Shown piece by piece: positions 50,669 through 62,959 of a stretch of 64,000 nucleotides of DNA; position 1 is the first letter of the stretch; every line of letters begins with the position of its first letter. Position numbers and translations under genes: made by a program. The notes beneath the pieces are model-generated. The model saw only the letters and a list, made by a program, of their open reading frames with translations. It had not been told where the DNA came from and ran no database searches. The stretch comes from Raja brachyura. Taxonomy: Eukaryota. The stretch lies in contig OY740812.1 of NCBI GenBank assembly GCA_963514005.1, positions 30,380,001 to 30,444,000 on the forward strand, in the 5' to 3' direction.

Positions 50669-51440
50669 TTACACTGACATTTGCTGGAACACTTTATGGG
50701 GGGGACCCGAACACGAGTCAGAGTGGGAACAAAATGAAAATAGAAATACAGAGACCGAAATCTTCATAACATGCTGATACACTGAACTGTGACGTAATCT
50801 GTGCTTGGTCTGTGAATGACCTGGACAGAGTGTATGTGGAGAGGATGCTAGTGGGAGAGTCTAGGACCAGAGGGCACAGCCTCAGAATTAAAGGACACAT
50901 GTTTAGAAAAATTAGGACTTTTAGCCAGAAGGTTTGTCATTGTGCCTGTACTTCACCATACTCCTGCATATAAAAACTAACCTCTAATCAGAAATTTTAT
51001 CCAGCAGACAAGTGACATTTGCCAGCTGCACACAGATTAAAAGTGAAATTTGATTTGACTTAACATTTTCTGCAATGGTACAGCACATTTATGCAACAAA
51101 ACTGCAAAGATGCCCTGTCACAAACCACTTAGTCCCACTTATATCTTGAAGACTTTTCATTTAGTTATTTTACAAGCTACTTGGTATATAAAAACATCCA
51201 GTGAATGGACACCAGTAAGGCTACACAATGCTAATTACTAGCTGCTCACATATCTTTCAGCCATTACAGTCCCACCATTAACTCAGTGCAGATGAAAGTA
51301 AAACGGGCATAGTTAAGATGGCTTCTTCCACATGGAGATGATTGCTGTCTCAGATTAGTATTCTTACTATTCCAGTTTTTAGAAGTTAACTTTCAGCAAA
51401 TTCATATTAATAGTATTTAATAAATAGATCCCTTATTCCA

Positions 51441-52808
51441 TCTATATTACTAAAAGTCTCATCTTGACCACTTCCTGGTGCACTGTATATTGATTTTAGA
51501 AAAAACGCTGCCACGTACAGCTGTGATTTTTGGCCATCTTACTCAGAGTCCCCCTCATCAAGACGAGGATTTTTCCCATCGATGATAAATAAAAGACTTA
51601 TTAGTACCTCAGTCAGTCCCTGCAAGATGGGGGAAGAGAGAAGGTCACGTCCCTCAGTCTGAGCTGTGAATAACACTGAACACATGCCTGTGAACTGAAC
51701 TGTGAGTGCTCTTAATGTGGTTTGAAAATGCTTGCTAAAAGTGTTTTTGTTTGAAAATGTTTGCTAAAACTGTTTTTTGGTTTGAAAATGTTTGCTAGAA
51801 GTGTTTCTTGGTTTGAAAATGCTTGCTAAAAGTTGCCTTTGGTTTGAGAATGCTAAAGTTGCCTTGCCTAATTGAAAAGTAGATTTGAGAATGCTCTGCC
51901 TAATTGAAAAGTTGGTTTGAGAATGCTAAAGTTGCCTTGCCTAATTGGAAAAGTTGGTTTGAGAATGCTAAAGTTGCCTTGCCTAATTGGAAAAGTTGGT
52001 TTGAGAATGCTAAAGTTGCCTTGCCTAATTGGAAAAGTTGGTTTGAAAATGCTAAAGTTGCCTTGCCGTCTTGATAATTAAAAGTCTAATCTTGACCACT
52101 TCCTGTTTGCACTGTATATTGACTTTAGGAAAAACGTTACCACGTACGGCAGTGATTTCTGGCCATTTTACTCAGAGTCCCCCTCCGCTCAACAGGTGCC
52201 AAGGATTTTTCATATCGATGAAAAATAAAAGAGTTATTAGTTTTTAAATAAATGTTGAGATTCTACCTCTTGTCAATCACGTCATGAACGCTATGCCCCT
52301 TCTGGTGGGGGGGACTATAAAGCCTGGACGTGTGGGCATGGCTCAGTTTCTGCAAGAAGGGGGAGGGAGAGTTCACAACTCTGTCTTTGGTGGCCTTGCA
52401 CCCTGCTTGAAATGGTATGAAACTGCATTTGAATTTGGTGGCCTTGCACCCAGCTTAAAGTGGTAGGAAACTGCACTCGAATTTGGTGTCCTTCCACCCT
52501 GCTTGAAGTGGCATTTCAGGGAATAGCCTTGAGTCAACTGCCAGTCCACCAGCCTCGAGTGAGCGGCCAGCACACCAGGCTTGAGTGACTGAGCCGCCAG
52601 CCCAAGAATTCATTCAGCCCACAATGTCCATACTAACCCTCTGGAAAACAGTCCCTTCAGCCCACAACACCCATACTAGCACTACAGAACTCCCCCCCCC
52701 CCCCCCCCCCCCCCACCAATGTTGCAATTGGTGATGACGTGGAATATTGTGTTGGGGGACCAGCCCTCCCATGTGAAGCTGGGACCCAATGGGTCCCACT
52801 TAGTCTAG
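51441..52808 (+). mobile_element. Non-autonomous Helitron with internal minisatellites
   Basis: a|TC 5' end; 3' hairpin tgggaccc-aat-gggtccca (52780-52798) followed by CTAG (52805-52808); no TSD. Confidence 0.8.
51718..52066. repeat. Minisatellite (~30-bp units grading into 42-bp units)
   Basis: ggtttgaaaatgcttgctaaaagtgtttt units, then tggtttgagaatgctaaagttgccttgcctaattggaaaagt units. Confidence 0.9.
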
Positions 52809-53554
52809 GTTTTATTAAAGATGTTCATTCTCATCAAAATTAGACCAATAGCAAAACTAATGAATTTCAAGCAATGAGTTATATACCCAAATTTAGCAAG
52901 CTATTATATCAAAACCATTCTACAGTCAATGATACACCATAACAGCCTTCAAATTAGATATAACAGCATAATCCCAATAAACCCAAACTTAAAGGAAGTG
53001 AAGCAAGTAAATGCAACAGGGACATGGACACAAAAGCTGGAGAAGTTCTGCAGGTCAGGCAGCATCTCTGCAGAAAAGGAATAGGTGACGTATTGGGTCG
53101 AGACCCTTCTTCAGACCCAACCCGAAACATCACATTCTCTTCTCCAGAGATGCTGTCTGACCCGTTGAGGTACTCCAGCATTTTGCGTCTATCTTTGGTT
53201 CAATCCAGCATCTGCAGTTCCTTCCGACACAAAACGTAACAGGACAATGCATTGCAACTAGATTTGCTGACAGGTCAGAAAATAATGTTGTTGGTAATTC
53301 AGTTTTATTTCAAGAACAGCAAAATAAAAAGTGACAGCAAAAAATCTGTAGATATTGAATGAAACAAAAATTGACATAAAACTTCATAAGTTTAAAGATT
53401 GGAACTAGACAAATTGAAATTAATGCACATGAACCGTTCCATATCGTGAATTTGTCAGTTATGGAATTCAGCACTTTATATTACTGCATTGCTAGCATGA
53501 CAGACCATTTCAACATTAGGTAATTCAGGCTTTCTAATTCACACCGCAGATGAT

Positions 53555-56500
53555 CCAAGATGGCGTCGCGTGCACAACGCGAGGCTCTGCGTCTCCGTAG
53601 TTTTAGCGAGATAGTTTTTTTTTTCCTATTTATACTTACCTTAGTTTTCGCCCGGAGCACTCGAGCGAAGACTCTGTACGGCCGTCAGGAGCTACTGGAG
53701 CTCGGACGTCTCTACGAACCGAGCACCAGAAGCCACAACTTTAAACTGCCGCCGGAGATCATCAGGTCACCGTGGTCTAGCGGACCCGCTCTCCCAACAG
53801 GTAGTGTCCGGAGGCGGCGCAGGGACCGCAAACAGCGACGGGGGAAACGCGGAGGCCACCGGGCTAGGCTGAGATCAGACCCGCACCAGCCAGCTCTGCC
53901 CAGCATCTTCCTCGCGAACGTCCGGTCCCTGGTGAGTAAAACCGACGAACTTCGGCTGCGCATCACCACACACAGACGGATCGCCGACTGCAACGCCATG
54001 GTCTTCACTGAGACATGGCTCACCGACAACATTCCCGACAACGCCGTCGAGCTGGAGGGGCGCACTGTCTTCAGGGCCGACAGATCTGCAGAGGAATCCG
54101 GTAAGACCAAGGGCGGCGGACTGTGCATCTATGTGAACAACTCATGGTGCACAGACGCTGTCAGGATTGGTAGCCACTGCTCTGCTGACCTGGAATACCT
54201 GATGTTAAAGTGCAGGCCCTTCTATCTGCCCAGGGAATTCACATCGACTGTCATCACTGCAGTCTATGTACCCCCGGACGCTAATGCCAAGCTTGCAATG
54301 GAAGAGCTGCAAGCTGCTATCAGCAAACAACTAACTGCCCACCCAGAGGGGGCTTTTATTGTTGCTGGCGATTTTAACCACTCCAACCTAAAAACTGTGC
54401 TCCCCAGATTCCACCAACATGTCTCCTGCCCAACCAGAGGTAACAATATTTTGGACCTAGTTTATACTAATATTACTGAAGCATACAAAGCCCTTCCCCA
54501 CCCCCACCTGGGACAGTCTGATCACCTCTCTTTGTTCCTGCTCCCCAAATACACACCTCTGATCAGACGTGTGAAACCTACCGCGAGGACAGTGAAGGTC
54601 TGGCCTGAGGGGGCTGTCTCTGTCTTACAGGAACAGTTTCAGCAAACAGACTGGAGTCTGTTTGCCACCCAGGCCACCTTTAACTCCCAAGTGGACATAA
54701 ATTCATACACCTCAACTGTTCTGGACTACATAAGATTCTGCACTGATAACGTCACCACCCATAAAGTGATAAAGACCTTCCCTAATCAGAAGCCGTGGAT
54801 GTGCAGGGAGGTCAGACTCCTGCTGAAGGCTCGAGACGCCGCTTTTAAATCTGGCGACGCTGAGGGATACAGCTCATCCAGGGCCAATCTGAAAAAGGGA
54901 ATTAGGAATGCTAAACTCAATCACAAACAGCGGATTGAGGAGCATTTCCGAAACAACTCCGACCCCAGGCGCATGTGGCAAGGAATTAAGTCCATTGCCG
55001 ACTACCATAAAATCAACACCCCCCCCCCGGACAACGCCTCCCTTCCTAATGAGCTAAACCACTTCTATGCTCGCTTTGACCGGGACAACAAAACTCCCGC
55101 CATCAAAGTTGCTCCACCCCCGAATGAACAACCCCTCAGTCTCTCCACCTCTGCTGTACAAGACGCACTGAGCAAGGTGAATGAGCACAAAGCTGCCGGC
55201 CCCGATGGCATCCCCGGGCGGGTGCTCAGGGCATGTGCCGGACAACTATCCCTGGTCCTCACTGACATTTTCAATCTGTCACTGGCCCAGGGTGTCGTCC
55301 CCACTTGCCTCAAGACATCTACCATTGTGCCAGTGCCCAAACATTCAGCGACAGGGAGTCTCAACGACTACCGGCCAGTGGCACTCACCCCTGTCATCGC
55401 TAAGTGCTTTGAGCGGCTGATCCTGGCTCACCTCAAAGCCAGCCTCCCCCCCACACTGGACTCCCACCAATTTGCCTACCGGTCAAACAGGTCTACAGAG
55501 GACGCCATATCGACGGCCCTACACTCTGCCCTGACCCACCTGGACAGCAACAACACCTACATCAGGCTGCTGTTTATTGACTTCAGCTCTGCCTTTAACA
55601 CTGTCATACCCGCTAGCTTGATCACCAAACTCAGCGGTCTTGGCATCTCCACCTCCCTCTGCAATTGGACACTGGATTTCCTCACTAACAGACCACAGTC
55701 TGTTAGGGTCAACAACCTCACCTCCTCCACTATAACACTGAACACCGGCGTGCCACAGGGCTGTGTGCTCAGCCCTCTCCTCTACTCCCTCTTCACGCAT
55801 GACTGCATCCCCAAGTATGGCTCCAACGCCATCATAAAATTTGCCGATGACACCACGGTGGTAGGACTGATCAGTGATAATGACGAATCAGCCTACAGGG
55901 AGGAGGTCCAGCACCTGACTACCTGGTGTGCCAACAATAACCTCGTCCTCAACTCCCAGAAGACGAAGGAAATAATTGTTGACTTTCGGAAGAACAGAGG
56001 GGGCAGACACACCCCCATCCATATAAACGGGACTGAGGTGGAGCGGGTCTCCAACTACAAATTCCTCGGGGTACACATCTCGGAGGATCTGTCCTGGTCC
56101 CTCAACACCTCAAAGCTAATCAAAAAGGCACAGCAGCGCCTTTACTTTCTGAGGAGGCTCAAAAAAGCCCACCTGTCCCCCCAGATCCTGAAGAACTTCT
56201 ACCGCTGCACCATCGAAAGCATCCTGACCACCTGCTTTACGGTATGGTACAGCAGTTGCACCGTGGCAGACAGGAAGGCACTACAACGGGTGGTGAAAAC
56301 CGCCCAGTACATCATCGGTGCCCCGCTCCCTGCCTTGGATGCCCTCCACCGAAAACGGTGCCTGAAGCGGGCCGGGAAGATCATCAAGGACCCCTCACAG
56401 CCTAATCATGGACTGTTTGCCCTCCTCCCATCAGGGAGGCGGTACAGGAGCCTCAAGTCCCGCACCAGTAGGACGAAGAACAGCTTCTTCAACTACACCA

Positions 56501-56686
56501 TCCGACTGCTGAACTCGGAGCCCAGCTGATAGACTTGTCTGTACCCTGTATTTATTTATTTTCCATATTGCTACCACTGCACTCTGTATTTATTTTTTCA
56601 TATCGCTATCACTAAGATCGACGCTAAACTGCATTTCGTTGTACCTATACTTGTATTTGTGCAATGACATTAAACTTGAATTGAAA
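53555..56686 (+). mobile_element. Apparently full-length Rex1/Babar LINE
   Basis: ccaagatggcg 5' start; short 3' UTR ending gcatttcgttgtac..gtgcaatgacattaaacttgaattgaa; no TSD found. Confidence 0.88.
53560..56529 (+). CDS. Intact APE-endonuclease/reverse-transcriptase ORF of a Rex1/Babar LINE
   Basis: 989 aa uninterrupted; ANVRS, FTETW, AGDFN, SDH (APE); FIDFSSAFNT, GVPQGCVLSPLLYSLFTHDC, KFADD (RT); KKAQQRLYFLRRL C-terminus typical of Rex1. Confidence 0.95.
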   Translation: MASRAQREALRLRSFSEIVFFFLFILTLVFARSTRAKTLYGRQELLELGRLYEPSTRSHNFKLPPEIIRSPWSSGPALPTGSVRRRRRDRKQRRGKRGGHRARLRSDPHQPALPSIFLANVRSLVSKTDELRLRITTHRRIADCNAMVFTETWLTDNIPDNAVELEGRTVFRADRSAEESGKTKGGGLCIYVNNSWCTDAVRIGSHCSADLEYLMLKCRPFYLPREFTSTVITAVYVPPDANAKLAMEELQAAISKQLTAHPEGAFIVAGDFNHSNLKTVLPRFHQHVSCPTRGNNILDLVYTNITEAYKALPHPHLGQSDHLSLFLLPKYTPLIRRVKPTARTVKVWPEGAVSVLQEQFQQTDWSLFATQATFNSQVDINSYTSTVLDYIRFCTDNVTTHKVIKTFPNQKPWMCREVRLLLKARDAAFKSGDAEGYSSSRANLKKGIRNAKLNHKQRIEEHFRNNSDPRRMWQGIKSIADYHKINTPPPDNASLPNELNHFYARFDRDNKTPAIKVAPPPNEQPLSLSTSAVQDALSKVNEHKAAGPDGIPGRVLRACAGQLSLVLTDIFNLSLAQGVVPTCLKTSTIVPVPKHSATGSLNDYRPVALTPVIAKCFERLILAHLKASLPPTLDSHQFAYRSNRSTEDAISTALHSALTHLDSNNTYIRLLFIDFSSAFNTVIPASLITKLSGLGISTSLCNWTLDFLTNRPQSVRVNNLTSSTITLNTGVPQGCVLSPLLYSLFTHDCIPKYGSNAIIKFADDTTVVGLISDNDESAYREEVQHLTTWCANNNLVLNSQKTKEIIVDFRKNRGGRHTPIHINGTEVERVSNYKFLGVHISEDLSWSLNTSKLIKKAQQRLYFLRRLKKAHLSPQILKNFYRCTIESILTTCFTVWYSSCTVADRKALQRVVKTAQYIIGAPLPALDALHRKRCLKRAGKIIKDPSQPNHGLFALLPSGRRYRSLKSRTSRTKNSFFNYTIRLLNSEPS

Positions 56687-58224
56687 AAACTATAATAGTA
56701 ATCGGTCTAATGTAGATAACAGGAATACTGCGTAAACCTTGAAATCAGGATTGAATGTCAACAAACCATAAGTATGAAGTATATTCCTACATATATAAAG
56801 TTCATTTGTAAAATTATGTAAAATTTTCTGGGACCTGGTCAATTTGCGCACCATGCAGTGATCCTCACTGCAAACAGTACAAACCAATATAGGATGTGTA
56901 CAAGAGATTTAGAAAGATAGGACCAGAACGGTCTTAAGCTGCAAATAAGAAGTTTGGAGCATTCATTCAGCAGGAAAAATAATGATTTTGAAAACGAATT
57001 GGAGACCTGACTGAGGTCTTCAAAACCATGAACTAATTAGTGTACAAATAAATGGAGGTCTGCTTCCACAAGTTTAATAAATCAAACCCAAGCCATAAAA
57101 ATTCAAGGTTACTGCAAATCAACTGGCAAGGCAAAAACAAATAAATAATGAAAAAATTGGGAGACAAAATTGGGGCTACTTCTTGGAAATAGGAAAAAGG
57201 AAACTTCTTGGAAATATAAATAGAAATAGAAATAAAAGTTAAAGGGCAGACATTGCGTAAAATACAAGTACAGATGATTTAGCTGAATTATGTTACTAAG
57301 CACTCATTTAAATCCTAATAAATATCACGCAAAATATCACAATGAACCATCCTTGAAAATCAGCCCAATAGACTGCTTAGGTTAAAGATCAGGATCCTTT
57401 AGTTGGAAAAAATTAGCAATGGTGATTAAAACGATTTGGGTTGCTTAAATCATCATGAACTTTTAACTTAACTTGCACCAGAACTTCGGACTCGGATTAA
57501 GATTTAGTCAAATCCTAAATTTCTTTGATATAATTCAAATTAAGATCACCAATATCCATGACCACCACATCCAAAGCAGATGAGAGCATAAAGAGATCTG
57601 GATGACACTACAACATATCTACAGCAGCATTAATGCAGAGCAGAAACCAATTTATAAACATCTTTGTTACTAATCCATTAAAGAAATACAAAGGCATCTC
57701 ACCAAAGATGAGTAACGGCAGCAGCAGAAAATGCACCCCAAATGTTCCGAATGCAAGGTTCCTCCCAAGATTCAGATCTGAAATCAAATATATAACAATT
57801 AGGGTGTTGCAAACTGCAGCCTCAAACCAGCACTTTCAGCAAGTCAACCGCATCAGGCAAAGATAAATCACATGCTGCATAACCGCTGCCAGAGTTTCCT
57901 GATACAAGATCTTGTTTCTGTACTGAAAATACTGAGCTCAGATTTGAACATCCCCATTTTTGTGGTTAACTTTTTCCAAAGAAACACAAAACTTCCCTCT
58001 TCAAGTCCTGAATAACCATAACCAGAAGAGAAGAAAATACCAAAGAAAATGTTACCATTTGGTAGTTGGTAACAAGGACATGTGTATATACAGAACATTT
58101 AACATGGTAAAACATTTTAAGCATCCCACAGTGATGTTATCAGTCAGCGGCTTTAGGTAATTGAGTTCTACAACTGGAAAACGATACAGATATTACTCAG
58201 CTCTTGGTCAAAATGTGCCCAGAA

Positions 58225-58720
58225 CATCCAGGTGCAGAGTGACTGAACGTCCAGAGTAAAGATGAGGGAGTGGGGGCTTGGAAAGCGGAAGTTATTAAAG
58301 AGACGAAGGGCATGTGGAGGTTGTGGAAGGCAGACAGCCAGAAGTGATGAAATCAGTAATGGTGTGTGGGATTGAGGCCTGGTGCTCATCAGTGGGATCA
58401 TGGTCCAAGGATAAATAGGAGGGTGTGTCTGAGAGTTGGCGCCTAGCCTCAGCCAAGAGTTCAGCTCGCCAGACTACCACGGCACCTCCCGTCGGCGGGT
58501 TTGATTATGTCAGCGTTGCTGCAGAGTGAGCGGAGGGCTGTACGTTCAGAGGGGGTGAGGTTGGAGTGGGTAAAGGGAGTGGAAAAGTTGAGATGGTTGA
58601 TGTTACACCAGCAGTTACAAATAAAGAGGTCTAGAGAGGGTAGAAGACCATTCTGGAGTCCAAGATGAGGAGGACCGGTGGAGAAGGGGTCATCACCGGG
58701 TGGTGAGGATTCCTTGAGAA
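58225..58720 (-). mobile_element. Penelope-like RT fragment
   Basis: Reverse strand IIKPAD.(G)GAVVVWR..EARRQLSDT..LIFTLDVQSL. Confidence 0.8.
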
Positions 58721-59469
58721 CGCTGATGCCTCATTCCCTTACAGCCATTTTAACCTCAACTTTGTGTGGGGTTTCCAGGTTCTCCCCATGACCACACAGA
58801 TTTACTCCGAGTGCCACAGTTTTCTTTTACTTCCCTAGAGCTCGAGAGGGATAGAAGTAGAATTAGGCCATTCGGACCATCAAGTCTACTCCAACATTCA
58901 ATCATGGCTGATCTATCTCTTCCATTCCCAAACCTGTCCTAATCAAGAACCCGTCTTAAAAATATCCACTGACTTGGCCTCCACAACCGTCTGCTGTGTC
59001 AAAGAATTCCATAGATTCACCACTCTCCGACTAAAGAAATATCTCCTCATCTCCTTCCTAAATGAATGTCCTTTAATTTAGTTACTAAGACCTCTAGTCC
59101 TCGACTCCCCCACTCAGGAAAGTTAAATGAAGTGAGCAGAAAGTATACACCTGTGGAATTAATATCAGATTAGTCCAAAGAGAGCTTGATGGCAACAGGG
59201 GATTCGGCGGAGTAAAGGTTTTGTGCCATATCAGTAAAACTCCAAAAGTCAGAGTATGAACAGGAAATAAAATATTTCCAAAACAACTTTGGAAAGCGGT
59301 TGTGTCAGAGTCGTCTTAAATTTAATTTGCTTCCTGGTGCGACGCGAGGCAGAATCAGTGAGCTTTGCCAATAGATAATACAATACACAGCTACATTAAA
59401 CTACCCTAATCATGCGGTATGTTTGCTCAAAGGTCAGGAGCGTTGAGCACACGAGACAGCAAGCAAAGT

Positions 59470-59945
59470 CGCAAAAAGCTGGAGTAACTCAGCGGGATAA
59501 ACGGCATATCTGGAGAGGAAGAATGGGTGATGTTTCGGGTCGAGACCCTTCTCCAGAGTGCTCAGGGATAAGGAAGACCAGAGATATCGGGGATGATATG
59601 GAGAGATAAAGAACAATGAATGAAAAATATGCAAAAAAGTAACAAAGATAAAGGAAACAAGCCATTGTTAGCTGTTTGTTAGGTGAAAAAAAGCTGTGCG
59701 ACTTGGGTGGGAGAGGAATAGAGAGAGAGGGAATGCTGGGGCTACCTGAAGTGAGATAAATCAATATTCATACCACTGGGCCATAAGCTGCCCAAGCAAA
59801 ATATGAGATGCTGTTCCTTCAATTTGCAATGAGGCTCACTCTGACAATCGAGGAGATCTAGGACAGAAAAGTCTGCATGGGAAGGGGAAGGGGAATTGAA
59901 GTGTTTAGCAACCGGGAGATCAGGTAGGTTCAGGCGGACTGAGCG
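59470..59945 (-). mobile_element. Penelope-like 3' fragment (GIY-YIG end + tail)
   Basis: DLPVAKHFNSPS..KLKEQHLIFCLGSLWPSGMNID; tail homologous to 25188-25540. Confidence 0.85.
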
Positions 59946-60739
59946 ATGAGAGATCAATGATGCAGTTATATAGGAGTTTGGTTTGGCAACATTTGGAGTA
60001 TTGTAGGCAGTTCTGGTTGCCCCATTACAGTGAGGGCATGAAGGATTAGAAGCATAGAAACATACAAAATAGGTGCAGGAGGAGACCATTCAGCCCTGCG
60101 AGTCAATAAACTGTGCCTGCACTCTCCCCATATCCCTTGACTCCACTAGCCCCTAGAGCTCTATCTAATTCTTATGGTGGGTGCAGGAGATTGACCAAAA
60201 TTCTGCCTGGATTAAAAGGTAGTAGCTATAAGTAGAGGTTAGACAAATTAGATTGTTTTTCTTACAGCTAGCGTGGAGAAGAAGAGCTAACTCCACTGCT
60301 CTGGACTGGTCAGTCCAGGGCTGCCGGTTAACCCGGCGGGACAGGCAGAGTTGAGCTGGAGTTAGCCCTTCTTCTCTGTGCTGGCTGCAAGCCTGGCACT
60401 GCCACTGCTCCGGGCCAGTGTCCATCAGTCCAGGCACACCCTGGACACCTCTGGCCGCCCACGGACAGGGATGGGACACTCAGGAAGGGACGGTCCAGTA
60501 GCAATTCAACAACGCTTGCAGTGCCGGAGACCCAGGTTAGATCCTGACTGCGGATGAAACGCAGGTCTGTATACATGCAGCAGCACAGTTGCCGAGAATG
60601 TTTATTACAACTGACCTATGACCTGAGCATGTGCAGTCGGAATACCAAACTCACTTATCACCAGTAGGATGAACTGTCATTCTGATTTACTGCATCTCCC
60701 ACTGCAAAGGATTTTTCCCAAGTGAAAATAAACACAAAA

Positions 60740-61490
60740 CATAGAATTATAAAACAGCCCACGGTCCCCTAGTCTGTTCCGACCAAGATGCTTCCTCAGC
60801 TTGTCCCATATGTCTGCATTTATCCAATCTCCCTCCAAATCTATCCATGAATCTGGTCAAATGTCCTTTAAACATTGTCATTATACTTCCCTCCACTACT
60901 TCTGGCAGCTCATTCCATATACTTCCTTCAGGTAATAAAAAAACTTGCACCTTGGGTTTCCTTTTAAATCTTTTCCCTCTCACATTAATCCTATCCCCTC
61001 CAGTTGTATATCCCCTATTATGGGGAAGGACTGATTACTAGATACCCCTTATGGATTTTATAAACTTATTTTAAGTTATCTCAGCCACCTGTGCTCCAAG
61101 GTAAAACTATCCAGTCTTTCCTCATACCTTAAACCATTCACAGCAACATCCTTGTATTTTTTTTCTGCACCTCCTCTCGCTTAAATCACATCCTTCCTAT
61201 AGTACTGGTGCCACCACTTTCAGGGACCTCTGTGCTGGTCTCCCCAAACTCGCTCTGCTTCACAATTTTCCCCATAGTACTGACATTCATTATGTATATC
61301 CCATTCCATTTTAACTTCCGAAAATGTAGCATTTCACACTTGCCCGAGTAGATTTCCATCTATCATTCCTTTGCCCAATTTCCCAATTTCCTGTGGTAAC
61401 CTTCCTCACTGCCCGGGACACCACTTTTTGGGTGTTATCTATAAACTTACTAATTATGCAAGCAATACTTTAATCCAAATCATTACTCAT
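60740..61490 (-). mobile_element. Decayed CR1 3' fragment
   Basis: IWNELPEVVEGSIMTMFKGHL in ORF 60747..60983. Confidence 0.7.
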
Positions 61491-61720
61491 CTCTCTTCCC
61501 CCCTCCCATCTCTCTCTCCCCCACCCTCATCTCTCTCCCCCACCCTCATCTCTCAATCTCTCCCCCCACTCATCTCTCAATCTCTCCACCCACTCATCTC
61601 TCAATCTCTCTCCCCTCCCATCTCTCTATCTCCCTCCCCCCATCTCTCCATCTCTCTCTCCCCCCCCCCCCCCCCGCCAATCTCCCTAGATGAGGGGGGG
61701 GGGAGATGAGGGAGGGAGAG
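61486..61720. repeat. CT-rich low-complexity / microsatellite tract
   Basis: (catctctc..cccc)n. Confidence 0.9.
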
Positions 61721-61762
61721 AGCTAAAATAGAAACAATGATATAAAAACTGGTCAATACAAG

Positions 61763-62927
61763 GAACTGCAGCCGCTGGTTTACTAAATAAACACCAACTC
61801 AGCAGGTCAGGCATCATCTCTGGAGAACATGAATAGGTGACGTTTGGGGTTGGGGTTCCTTCAGACTAAAGAAGGGTCCCAACACAAAATGTTCTCCAGA
61901 GATGTTGCCTCACCCACTAAGTTATTGTCTAGCATTGAAAACACAACAGGTAAGCCCACAAAAAATAATGTGCATTAATATTTCCAAAATGTGCGATTTT
62001 AGTTTAGAAGAGGGACTGTGGTTGTTATATTGGGCACAAAATCCAAAGCAAATTTAACAGGCAAAAAATAGAAGCCTGGATGTAGCGACCAGGAACTACC
62101 TAATCTCCTGAAAAAAGTGAGGAACTGGAAAGTAAATAGTTAAAATGAGAAGGAAGTGGAGGGGAATTTTATTTTCATTTCAGTGGGACTCTGAACTACT
62201 TCTTGAAAAGTGGTGGCAGAGGGGAGTAACACTCGCCACATTAAAAAAAAGTAACTGAATGTGCACTGAAAGTGCTTTTATTTTACAGCCATTAAGGATT
62301 TGAGATGTTGGAAACGTCCAAAGTTTTGTTTTTAAAATAGCCTTGCATTTGACCCACACAATTCCACAGTTCTAAGAAAGCTCTGGAATTCTCACTCCTT
62401 TTCATACAGGCACTCCTTCAAATCTACTTCTTTGATTAAACGTTTGGCCACCTATCCTAAGCTCTTTACGTGGCTCATTGCTAAATTTGACAAAAGATTA
62501 TCATGCTGCCATTTCTTCTATCCACACGTGCTACCTGCTATATCCAACATTTTTATTTTCAACAACAGCATTTTTCTTTTTTATCCAATCTAATTTGACA
62601 CTGAATATCAAAACTTGAGAAACAATCGACTGTGAGAGCCACTATTTTACTGCTGTGCATAAAAGTCCGACTATATTCCCCAAATTACTACAGCGACTCC
62701 GCTTCAACGTACTTTACTGATGAAGAAGGTGAAGAACGTCAAAATATTCCATCTCCAAAATGCCTAAACAACTTGTCCAAAATGTAGACTGCAAGGACAC
62801 TTTAAAGCCAATCATTGGGTATCAGACATTCTGACAAAATACCATCAAACTCAATATGGGTGGCACAGTGGCACAGCCGGTAGCCTTGCTGAACTCACCA
62901 CACAAGAGACACCAGTTCGATTCTGAC
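61763..62927 (+). repeat. Copy B of the ~1.17-kb direct duplication
   Basis: Colinear with 47633-48799. Confidence 0.92.
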
Positions 62928-62959
62928 CTCAGGTACTGCCTGTATGGAGTTTCTAAACA

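Noticed and set aside
50058-50777. Overlapping ORFs of 80-127 aa
   Set aside because: They overlap a TIR-bounded MITE and have no recognisable domain.
51718-52515. Regular short repeats as a possible CRISPR array
   Set aside because: Units are tandem with no unique spacers, there are no cas genes, and the context is eukaryotic; this is a minisatellite inside a Helitron.
61371-61709. Ser/Pro/Leu-rich ORF
   Set aside because: Translation of a CT microsatellite.
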